From the NCBI GenBank assembly GCA_049320885.1, contig JBMORA010000024.1:71317-135316 (forward strand): 64,000 bases of DNA, read 5' to 3'. The notes beneath the pieces were generated by a model. The model saw only the letters and a program-made list of their open reading frames with translations, made no database searches and had not been told where the DNA came from. Of the stretch, positions 50,794-59,453 are shown one piece after another; positions within the stretch are counted from its first letter, which is position 1; every line of letters begins with the position of its first letter. The position numbers and the translations under genes are program-made. This DNA is from Thermodesulfobacteriota bacterium. Lineage in GTDB: Bacteria > Desulfobacterota > Desulfobacteria > Desulfobacterales > SURF-7.

Positions 50794-53700
50794 AGCACAG
50801 CCTTCTCGGCACCGGCTTTCTGCTCCTGTGCCTCCTGCTCCCCGTTTCCCCGCCGGCGGGAGCCGAACCGCAAACCACCCTGGACTCTCCCCCGGGGAAT
50901 GACTCGGGCCGCCGGGATCTGTCCCGGGGCAAGCAGTCGTCCTTCGCCATTACGCCCGCGGAACAAGCCTGGATCGACCGGCATCCGGTGATCCGGTCCT
51001 CCAGCGAACAGGACTGGGAGCCCTTCGATTTCCGCATCGGCGACCAACCGGCCGGCTACAGCGTCGATCTCCTCAACCTCCTGGCAAGCCGCATCGGAAT
51101 CCGGGTGGAGTATGTCGGCGGACACACCTGGAACGAATTTCTGGGCCTGTTCTATAACCGGGAAATCGATGTTCTCCACAGTCTGGCCAAAACCCCGCAG
51201 CGGGAAAAACACGGCTGGTTCACCATACCCTATCTTCACAACCGGCTGGCGTTCATCACGGTGAAGGGCCGTCCTCCCCTGGAGGGTTTTGAAGAGCTTC
51301 GCGGGAAAACCTTCGCCCTCATCGAAGGCTGGTGGTTTGAGGATTACCTTACCCAAAACAAACCGGAAATCAAAATCCTGCGGGTGAAGACCCTGGAAGA
51401 GGCGCTGAACGCCGTGAATAATGAACAGGCCTATGCCACGGCGGACTTTGAAATCCCGGCCCGTCGCAAGATCGAAAAGCTGGGTTTTCAAAACCTGGTG
51501 CTCTCCGCCCGGCCCGTCGCCTATACGAAGGACAATCCGGCGGCCCTGCATATCCTGGTCCGGAAGGACTGGCCGGAACTGCGGGAACTCCTGGACAAGG
51601 CCTTTCTATCTCTCGGTCCGGATGAAATCAGGGATCTGCAGGAAAAATGGTTCGGCGACCAGCCCCTCCTTCCGCTGCTCTCCCTCACGGAGGAAGAGAA
51701 AGTCTTCATCAGCAACCATCCGGTGTTGCGGGTCGGTTTCCGGCACGACAACTTTCCCGTGTCCTTCACCTCCAACCAGCGGGCCATGGACGGCATTGCG
51801 GCGGATTATCTCTCCCGCGTGAGCAATCTGCTGGGATTTCGGTACTCGCCGTCCCCCCCCAAACCCTGGAAAGACATGCTCGGCGACATTCAAAACAACA
51901 GGCTGGACCTCATCGCGGCGATCACGGCCACGGAAAATCGCCGGAAGTGGATGGATTTCACCACGGCCTATATCTCGTTTCCGGTGGTGATTGTGACCCA
52001 TGAGGACGGCCCCTATATCGGCGATCTTCAAGCCCTGAAAGGCCACCGTGTGGCCGTGACCGAGGAGGACGCGGCCCACCATCTGCTGGCGGCCCACCAC
52101 CCGGATATTCCCCTGCTCCTCGCCGCCGACGTGAAGGCGGGCCTATCGGCCGTCGAGGCTGATGAGGCCTACGCCTATATCGGCAATCTGGCTGCCGTGA
52201 GCTATGTCATGGGCCGGGAAGGATTCACCGATCTGAAAATTTCCGGAGAAACACCCTATAAGCTGGAAATCACCATGGGAGTCCCCAAGGGACAGACCGT
52301 TTTGCTGAATATCCTGGAGAAATCCCTGGCCGTCATTCCCACATCCGAACGGGAAGCCATTCACGCCAAATGGTTTCGCGTGACCTATGAGCACAAAGTC
52401 GATACAACCCTTGTCTGGGCCATCCTTGCCGCCGCTTTTCTGGGGATTTCCGCCGTTTTGTATTGGAACCGGCGTCTTCGATTCATGGCTGGGGCCTTGA
52501 AGAAATCCGAGGACAACTACCGCTCCATTTTCGACACCGCCAATGACGCCATTTTCATCCATGACACCCGGAGCGGCCTGATTGTCAATGTGAACGCCAA
52601 GATGCTGGAAATGTACGGCTTCGACCGTAAAGAAGAAGTCCTGGGCGCTCCGCTGGCTTCGTTCAGCGCAAATGCCTCCCCCTTCATCCGGAAGGAAGCC
52701 GCCGAATGGCTGGAAAAGGCCGTTCATGGCGAGCCGCAACTGTTCGAATGGCACGCCAGGGACAAAAAAGGCCGCCTTTTCTGGGTGGAGATCAATCTGA
52801 AAAAGGTGACCATCGGCGGCGTGGATTATGTCCTCGCCATTGCCCGGGATATCAGCGAACGGAAAAAGGCCAGGGACAGACTCACCCAAAGCGAGAAGCG
52901 CCTGGCCGAGACCCAGCGGATCGCCCAGCTCGGAAGCTGGGAATTCAATATCACCACCCGCGAAATCACCTATTCGGAAGAAGCCCTGCGCATCATGGGC
53001 CGGCAACCCGGGACCATCCGGACCCTGGATGATTATCTACGTCTGGTTCATCCGGAGGATATCCCTGTTTTAAAACAAACCATCCGGACCTCCGGGGACG
53101 AAAACAGACCGTTTGAAATCGAAATCCGGCATCTGAAAGCGGACGGCTCCTGCAATTACACCCTGGTGCGGGGCGAACCCCTCATCAAGGACAATCAGGC
53201 AGTGCACTTCATCGGTTCCCTCCTGGACATCACGGAACGCAAGCATCATGAGGCGGAATTGCGGCGCACCAAGGAGACCGCCGAGGCCGCCAGCCGGGCG
53301 AAAAGCGTCTTTCTGGCCAACATGAGTCATGAGCTCCGCACGCCGCTGAACGCCATCCTCGGGTTTTCGGAACTGATGACCCGTGATCCCAACCTGACCC
53401 CCGGACAGCGCGCCAACCTTGCCACCATCGGACGCAGCGGCGAATATCTGCTCTCCCTGATCAACGACATCCTGGAACTGTCCAAGATCGAGGCCGGCCA
53501 GGTGCAACTGCAGCAGAAAAGCACGGATTTGCACCGGCTGATCGACGATATGAAAGACATGTTTCTTCTGCGGGCAAGGCAGAAGGGTCTCGCCCTCCAA
53601 GTGAATCGCTCGGCCGATGTCCCCCGCCGCGTTGTCACCGATCCGGGAAAACTCCGGCAGATCCTGATCAACCTCCTGGGAAATGCGGTGAAATTCACCC

Positions 53701-54725
53701 ATACGGGGGGCATTACCCTGGGGGTAAGCGTTTCCGGCGACAACGGAAACACGATCCCGGGGAATTCCCGCACCATTGCTTTTGAAATTTCCGACACCGG
53801 CATCGGCATTCCGAAGGACGAACAGCCGAAAGTGTTCGAGGCTTTTTATCAAACCGAAGGGGGACGCTTTTCCCATCAGGGGACCGGTCTCGGACTGACC
53901 ATCAGCTTGAAATTCATTCACATGATGGGCAGCGATTTGACCCTCCGCAGCGCCGAAGGACAGGGAACCAGTTTTCGCTTTGACATCCGGGTGGAAAAAG
54001 CGGATGATCCGGATACGCCTGCCCCCGCTTCGCGGCAACGGGTCACGAAGCTGGCACCCGACCAGCCGGAAATCCGCATCCTCATAGTAGAGGACGACGA
54101 CGCCGGACGCGATTTGCTCCACCAGTTGCTGGCGCAAACCGGATTTCAAGTCAAAACGGCCATGAACGGGGAAGAAGGGGTCGCTTTATGGGAACAATGG
54201 CGGCCCCATTTGATCTGGATGGACATCCGCATGCCGGTGATGGACGGGTTGACGGCCGTTCGAAGCATCCGTTCCTTTCCCGGCGGCCGGGAGACACGCA
54301 TCATCGCCCTGACCGCCAGCGCCTTTGAGGAAAACCGGATGACGGTTCTGGAACTCGGATGCGACGATTTCGTCACCAAACCCTTTCGGGAAGACGACAT
54401 TTTCGAGATCCTGGAACGCCACCTGGATGTTCGCTTCGTCTACACGGAAGATATCCCTGAAACTTTCGGGACCCGAGACGGGATCAGGAGCCGGGACTTC
54501 ACCGCCGGCATCGCCGCCTTGCCGGAGGATATCCGCGGCGAATTGAAATCCGCGGTGGATGCCCTTGATTTCGATCGCGCCATGCAGGTTGCGAATCATA
54601 TTGGAGAGACGGACCGGATCTTGTCCGATGAACTGATCAGGCTGTTGAACGCCTACCGCTTCGACACTCTCCGACAGTTGTTTCCGTCAGGCATAACGTT
54701 CCGGATGGAGGAGACGCCGCCATGA
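50790..54725 (+). CDS. BvgS/EvgS-like hybrid sensor kinase (2 SBP, 2 PAS, HisKA, HATPase, REC)
   Basis: Two SBP_3-like repeats; ANMSHELRTPLN, NAVKFT, GTGLGL and WMDIRMP motifs. Confidence 0.95.
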   Translation: MKHSLLGTGFLLLCLLLPVSPPAGAEPQTTLDSPPGNDSGRRDLSRGKQSSFAITPAEQAWIDRHPVIRSSSEQDWEPFDFRIGDQPAGYSVDLLNLLASRIGIRVEYVGGHTWNEFLGLFYNREIDVLHSLAKTPQREKHGWFTIPYLHNRLAFITVKGRPPLEGFEELRGKTFALIEGWWFEDYLTQNKPEIKILRVKTLEEALNAVNNEQAYATADFEIPARRKIEKLGFQNLVLSARPVAYTKDNPAALHILVRKDWPELRELLDKAFLSLGPDEIRDLQEKWFGDQPLLPLLSLTEEEKVFISNHPVLRVGFRHDNFPVSFTSNQRAMDGIAADYLSRVSNLLGFRYSPSPPKPWKDMLGDIQNNRLDLIAAITATENRRKWMDFTTAYISFPVVIVTHEDGPYIGDLQALKGHRVAVTEEDAAHHLLAAHHPDIPLLLAADVKAGLSAVEADEAYAYIGNLAAVSYVMGREGFTDLKISGETPYKLEITMGVPKGQTVLLNILEKSLAVIPTSEREAIHAKWFRVTYEHKVDTTLVWAILAAAFLGISAVLYWNRRLRFMAGALKKSEDNYRSIFDTANDAIFIHDTRSGLIVNVNAKMLEMYGFDRKEEVLGAPLASFSANASPFIRKEAAEWLEKAVHGEPQLFEWHARDKKGRLFWVEINLKKVTIGGVDYVLAIARDISERKKARDRLTQSEKRLAETQRIAQLGSWEFNITTREITYSEEALRIMGRQPGTIRTLDDYLRLVHPEDIPVLKQTIRTSGDENRPFEIEIRHLKADGSCNYTLVRGEPLIKDNQAVHFIGSLLDITERKHHEAELRRTKETAEAASRAKSVFLANMSHELRTPLNAILGFSELMTRDPNLTPGQRANLATIGRSGEYLLSLINDILELSKIEAGQVQLQQKSTDLHRLIDDMKDMFLLRARQKGLALQVNRSADVPRRVVTDPGKLRQILINLLGNAVKFTHTGGITLGVSVSGDNGNTIPGNSRTIAFEISDTGIGIPKDEQPKVFEAFYQTEGGRFSHQGTGLGLTISLKFIHMMGSDLTLRSAEGQGTSFRFDIRVEKADDPDTPAPASRQRVTKLAPDQPEIRILIVEDDDAGRDLLHQLLAQTGFQVKTAMNGEEGVALWEQWRPHLIWMDIRMPVMDGLTAVRSIRSFPGGRETRIIALTASAFEENRMTVLELGCDDFVTKPFREDDIFEILERHLDVRFVYTEDIPETFGTRDGIRSRDFTAGIAALPEDIRGELKSAVDALDFDRAMQVANHIGETDRILSDELIRLLNAYRFDTLRQLFPSGITFRMEETPP

Positions 54726-55366
54726 ACACCACCCCCGCACCCAAGACCCGGGGCAACCTGTTGATCGTCGACGACACGCCCGAAAACCTCACCGTGTTGC
54801 GCCAGATGCTTACGGAAAAAGGGTTCCGGGTACGGCCCGCCCTGAGCGGTGAAATCGCCCTGCAGGCCGTCCGGACGGAATTGCCCGACCTGATCCTGCT
54901 CGATATCATGATGCCCGGCATGGATGGCTATGGGGTATGCGGGGTGCTCAAGGCAGTGGCGAAAACAAGAGACATACCGGTCTTGTTCATCAGCGCCCTG
55001 GATGACAAATCCGACAAGGTGAAAGCCTTTCAGGCGGGGGGCGTGGATTACATCATCAAACCCTTTCAGTCCGAAGAGGTGCTGGCGCGGGTGGAAACCC
55101 ACCTGAAATTACGGCGCCTGCAACAAGCCGTCGAGGAGAAAAACCGCCGTCTGGAGGCGACCGTAGCGGATCTGGAAAAGGCCCTGGATGAAATCAAAAC
55201 CTTGAAAGGGTTGATCCCCATCTGTTCGAACTGTAAAAAAATCCGTGATGACAAGGGCTTCTGGAACCACTTCGAAACCTACATCAGCGAGCATACGGAA
55301 GCCGCCTTCAGCCACGGCATCTGCCCCGAATGCGTCGCCAAACTCTATCCGGGACTCATCCGGTAA
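54722..55366 (+). CDS. Response regulator with C-terminal Cys/His motif
   Basis: VDD, LLDIMMP and KP motifs; tail PICSNCKKIRD..SHGICPEC. Confidence 0.93.
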   Translation: MNTTPAPKTRGNLLIVDDTPENLTVLRQMLTEKGFRVRPALSGEIALQAVRTELPDLILLDIMMPGMDGYGVCGVLKAVAKTRDIPVLFISALDDKSDKVKAFQAGGVDYIIKPFQSEEVLARVETHLKLRRLQQAVEEKNRRLEATVADLEKALDEIKTLKGLIPICSNCKKIRDDKGFWNHFETYISEHTEAAFSHGICPECVAKLYPGLIR

Positions 55367-55378
55367 GTTGTCAGTTCC

Positions 55379-56794
55379 CTATTTTTCTTCCCCTGCCTGA
55401 ACTTTCTGGAGCGTCTCCCAGAGAGCCGCTGCCTGTTCCCTGGTTTTCTCCAGGCTGTCGCCGTTGTCGATGACATAATCCGCGTACCCGACTTTTTCAT
55501 CGATGGGAATCTGGCTGGCGATGATCCTCCGGGCCTCCTCCTCGCCGATCTTGTCCCGTTCCATCAGCCGCCGGGTCAGTTTTTCCTGGGGAATGTACAC
55601 CACCAGCAGTTTGTGGAACAGATGTTGGAGATTCTGTTCGATCATCAGGGGCACCACCACCTGAACAATGGCGGCCGGGTCCTTGGAGCAGATTTGTTCG
55701 AGTTGCAGAATGAATGCCACGGCGATCTGCGGGTGGGTGAAGCTTTCCAGTTTTTTGCGCTTCTCCAGATCCCGGAAGACGATGCCGGACAGTTTCGGAC
55801 GGTCCAGGGTCCCGTCTTCCTGCAACACCTGCCGGCCGAAATAGTCCACGATCTGGTTGTAAGCCGTCTGGCCCGGTTCCACCACCTTGCGGGCCAGGAG
55901 ATCGAAATCGATCAGGTAGGCCCCCATTGTCACCAGCATGTCGGCGACGGTGGTCTTGCCGCTGGCGATGGTTCCGGTGACGCCCAGCAGCAGGCGCTGG
56001 TCGTTTCCGCGGATGGCCCGCAGCTGCTCAATCCCCGCGTAGGTTCCTGGAAAACCGGCCGACAGGTCCATTTCAGCGCCGGCATAACTGATGGGATACC
56101 GGATACCCCGCCGATACAGCGTTTCCAGTCCGCGCAGGGCCTTCTGCATATGATCCGCGGGAATCGCCAAGACCATGTCCTCATCCCGGGCGTGTCCGTA
56201 CCGTCTTTCCCCATAGCAGGGAATGCCCGCCGCGGGCTTGCCGGTCAGGTAGCAACGGGCGATGGCGTCGGAGCAGGAAGATTCCCCCACGCAGAAGAAC
56301 TGCATGACCTCGTAATCCTCGAATTGCAGGGCATTGATCAGCAGCATGATCTGGGCCGGGTTGCCGTAAATCAGGACGATGTCCGGATCGAAGGGATTGT
56401 AGACCAGGGGGGCGAGGGCCACGGCCTCGTAGCGGTTGAGGGGCAGGCGGGGAATGGCGGCCTCGAATTTTCGGGCATCGGCCTTGGTGCGCACCCAGAC
56501 GATACTGCGGAAAGTGCCGTCCGCGCATTCCTTGGGAAGTTCGCACAGACCGATGATGGACGGGCATACCGGCCCGAGAAAATCCCTCGCGTCCGCGCCC
56601 ACCGTCCAGTCCGAATTGCGGGCCAGGTTGATCAACTGGCACAGCGTCTGTTTGCGATCCGGACGGCGGAGATAGGGGATGGCGCTCAGGTCTTCTTTCT
56701 TCGGCAGCATCTTGAAGGCCACCGGAAAGGAGGTCAGACGCACCAGCTGCTCCATGCGGCGGACCATCGGTTCCCAGTTGATCGTTGTTCCCAT
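55379..56794 (-). CDS. coaE: DUF169-like domain fused to dephospho-CoA kinase
   Basis: C-terminal GVTGTIASGKTT, LDRPKL..IVF, THPQI and ADYVIDN. N-terminal FPVAFK, LCQ, PDIVLIYGNPAQIM and PCYGER. Confidence 0.88.
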   Translation of the reverse strand: MGTTINWEPMVRRMEQLVRLTSFPVAFKMLPKKEDLSAIPYLRRPDRKQTLCQLINLARNSDWTVGADARDFLGPVCPSIIGLCELPKECADGTFRSIVWVRTKADARKFEAAIPRLPLNRYEAVALAPLVYNPFDPDIVLIYGNPAQIMLLINALQFEDYEVMQFFCVGESSCSDAIARCYLTGKPAAGIPCYGERRYGHARDEDMVLAIPADHMQKALRGLETLYRRGIRYPISYAGAEMDLSAGFPGTYAGIEQLRAIRGNDQRLLLGVTGTIASGKTTVADMLVTMGAYLIDFDLLARKVVEPGQTAYNQIVDYFGRQVLQEDGTLDRPKLSGIVFRDLEKRKKLESFTHPQIAVAFILQLEQICSKDPAAIVQVVVPLMIEQNLQHLFHKLLVVYIPQEKLTRRLMERDKIGEEEARRIIASQIPIDEKVGYADYVIDNGDSLEKTREQAAALWETLQKVQAGEEK

Positions 56795-56832
56795 ATTCCT
56801 TCTCCCGTTTTTCCGATTGAGTTGTCTGCGGG

Positions 56833-58008
56833 TTACCGCCGGAACCGGATGGTCCTGTATTCGCCGGCATGCAGGGCCGCCACCAGGTCCGCCTCGTTTT
56901 GGATCGAGGTGAAGAACTCGGTGGCGTAAGTCCCGATGGTGCCCGACTCGTGGGCGTCGCTGCCGGCGATGCCCGGCAGGCCGATCCGTTCCGCCACTTG
57001 CCGCGAAAAATCGTTTTCCTGCTCCGTCACCTTGCCGTTCAGGATCTCGATGGCATCCACCCATTGGAACAGGTTTCTTTCCGCCGCCTTTTCAATGGTC
57101 ATCCCGAGCTGCTGCCCGCTGAAGATCAGAAACCCGCGGAACGGATGGGCCACGGCCATGAACCCGCCCACGGCCCGGACTTTCGCCCGCAGCTCCGGCA
57201 GGCGGATGACGCCGCTGACGGTGTGATCCAAGCCATAGGTCAAGACATCGCCCTGATCGGTGATGATTTCATTGCCCCCCAGCACCAGAAAACCGTGTTT
57301 CTGCCGCAGCTCTTCCAGTTCCCGTGGTTTCCGGCAATGATTGTGGTCCGTCAGGACGATGCCGTCCAAGCCCGCCTGCCTGGCTTCGGCGATGAGATTC
57401 TCCACGGTGATGGAGCTGCAGGGCGACGCCGGCGACGTGTGCGCATGCAGATCGATGACCAGACGTTTTGCCTCCGGCCGGTTCCGCTCCGGGGCGTTCC
57501 GGGCGGCGGGACGTCGCGCATCCCCAGGGGGCAAGGGTTCGGGGGCCGGGTCATTTCCCGGAGCAACGGTTGCGGCCGTTGCCCGGGATCGGGACGCTTG
57601 CTCCCCATCGGTGGATTCCGGGGCTGCGGCCGGAACGCCGGACCTCACCTCCGGCAGCCGGTTTTGAATGATCCGGGCCGCGCTGCTGGCCGCATGCCCC
57701 ATTTCCAGCAATAAATTCGCAAAATGCCGGCAGGCGCCGCGCCCGACGACTTTCTGGACCCGGTTGCGGAAACCGGGTTCCACCCGGATGCCGACGGCTG
57801 CCTGCAACGGTGGGACGGCCCGCGGACACTCCGGCGTCGTCCAGCGGTGCCATTTGCCGCTGATGGAACGGATATCCAGTTCCTCCAGTCCGAAAACCGC
57901 CTCCATTTCCAGGCCGTACAGATCGTCATCCAGAATTCCGTGAACCTGCAATTCCAGGGGATTGATTCTGTCCACACTGATCAGTTTGTTTCGCAGATAC
58001 TGCAACAT
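56833..58008 (-). CDS. DUF2889-like domain fused to PHP phosphoesterase
   Basis: N-terminal PEC..CRH; Pro/Ala linker; DLHAHT, LTDH, GNE, AHP, EILN and GSDAH motifs. Confidence 0.85.
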   Translation of the reverse strand: MLQYLRNKLISVDRINPLELQVHGILDDDLYGLEMEAVFGLEELDIRSISGKWHRWTTPECPRAVPPLQAAVGIRVEPGFRNRVQKVVGRGACRHFANLLLEMGHAASSAARIIQNRLPEVRSGVPAAAPESTDGEQASRSRATAATVAPGNDPAPEPLPPGDARRPAARNAPERNRPEAKRLVIDLHAHTSPASPCSSITVENLIAEARQAGLDGIVLTDHNHCRKPRELEELRQKHGFLVLGGNEIITDQGDVLTYGLDHTVSGVIRLPELRAKVRAVGGFMAVAHPFRGFLIFSGQQLGMTIEKAAERNLFQWVDAIEILNGKVTEQENDFSRQVAERIGLPGIAGSDAHESGTIGTYATEFFTSIQNEADLVAALHAGEYRTIRFRR

Positions 58009-58029
58009 CCGACTGATTCCTTTCCGATC

Positions 58030-58527
58030 TCAGGGAGTGATACCTGCCACCAGGGAGGATCCCGGAGCAAAAGCGGCGCAGCGGTTGTACAGACGGATAT
58101 TGGCTTTCACCATGGTCTGGTAGGCATCGGCGGTCAAATCCTGGTCCTCGGGCACCTGCAGGGCCATTTCCCTGGTCAGGGACAGAATCACCCCGTTGCA
58201 GGCCTCCTCCAGCATGAACAGCAGTTGGCTGTCCGCCGTTGCCGGCCCGACGATGCCCTTGAAGATCTTGGTCATTCCGGGGCCGATGCGGATGCCGGCG
58301 AGTTTGGGCAGTTCCGCCAGGGCCGTCCGCTCGTTGGGGTCCGGAGAGCGTTCGATGGCCGCCTGGACCTGGATGATCTCCATTTCCGGCACGTTCACGA
58401 CCACTGCAACCTTCATGTCGCATAGCGTGTCCACCAGACGACAGACGGCGGTGAGCCGGCCTTCTTCCTTTTTTTCAACGCTGGTGATCCGGCTCCGGGA
58501 AAATTTGAATCGGTTGGCGCTGGGCAT
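58030..58527 (-). CDS. DUF2889-like protein
   Basis: F.R.R..., L.D..., L.G..IGPG and NRCAAF patterns; resembles the N-terminus of the next gene. Confidence 0.7.
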   Translation of the reverse strand: MPSANRFKFSRSRITSVEKKEEGRLTAVCRLVDTLCDMKVAVVVNVPEMEIIQVQAAIERSPDPNERTALAELPKLAGIRIGPGMTKIFKGIVGPATADSQLLFMLEEACNGVILSLTREMALQVPEDQDLTADAYQTMVKANIRLYNRCAAFAPGSSLVAGITP

Positions 58528-58600
58528 GCGGACTGGGCTCCTGTATTGAAATGATGTTTTTAAAGAATCTAATTTTTTAAAACATTGTTTTATTTTTTTG

Positions 58601-59212
58601 TCAACCGCAAAGCGACACGGTTTTCCAGAACAACGGAAAGAAAATATCGATGGTGTCCGTCAGCTTCCACGCCATTTTCCGGTAATACCAGATGGTCACT
58701 TCCCGGTAACAGTGCATGAAAAACAACCCGGTGATCTGGGCGTCATCCAGCATGGGATCGATCTCCTTGCGCTGCCTCCCCACCGACGCAATGCTGGAAA
58801 CCATTTCGTGAACATCGTACCGGGCGTAGGATTCCCGCTGCATCCAGGTGCGGGTGGGCACCGTAATGAAAAAGGTGATGGCCAGCCCCGGATTCCGCTC
58901 GTAATAGTCCATGACCACCCAGAAGGCTTTGCGGAATTTTTCCCGCGTGCTGTCCAGTCCTTGAAGATGAAAATCGGTGAGCTGCTTGAGTTCCTCGATT
59001 TTTTCTTCCAGAATATCCAGGATCAGTTCTTCCTTGGAACGAAAATATTTATAAATGGTCCCGGTGCTGACCCCGGAGGCCCGGCTGATATTCCGGATAT
59101 TCACCTGATGGAAATCGTTCCGCGTAAACTGGTCCAATACGGCCGGATACAGGCGCTGCTTGATTTTTTCCGGAACCAGGGTGATTTTCCGTTTTTTCGG
59201 TTTCGTGGTCAT
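58601..59212 (-). CDS. TetR family regulator
   Basis: IRNISRASGVSTGTIYKYFRSKEEL. Confidence 0.93.
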   Translation of the reverse strand: MTTKPKKRKITLVPEKIKQRLYPAVLDQFTRNDFHQVNIRNISRASGVSTGTIYKYFRSKEELILDILEEKIEELKQLTDFHLQGLDSTREKFRKAFWVVMDYYERNPGLAITFFITVPTRTWMQRESYARYDVHEMVSSIASVGRQRKEIDPMLDDAQITGLFFMHCYREVTIWYYRKMAWKLTDTIDIFFPLFWKTVSLCG

Positions 59213-59453
59213 GTTGCGCCTTCATTTCAATTGCAGGCTGGTTTTTGAAACAATGTTTCATTATCCTACTGAAATTGTGTTTTACCGTCAAGACCCGGGA
59301 AGGCTGCCCATCGACAAAAGGGTCACCACATCCACCGGTCAACAAAATGGATTGAATTTTTTTGCAAAACCGGTATGATATGTTCTCTTCATCCCGGAAG
59401 GAAGCTACCAGCCGAAGAGAAAACGACCAAGCATTCGGAAGGAAATATACGCC

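Noticed and set aside
56795..57064. N-terminal extension of the DUF169-CoaE ORF given in the track
   Set aside because: It overlaps the PHP gene; the ATG at 56794 has an AGAAGGA RBS.
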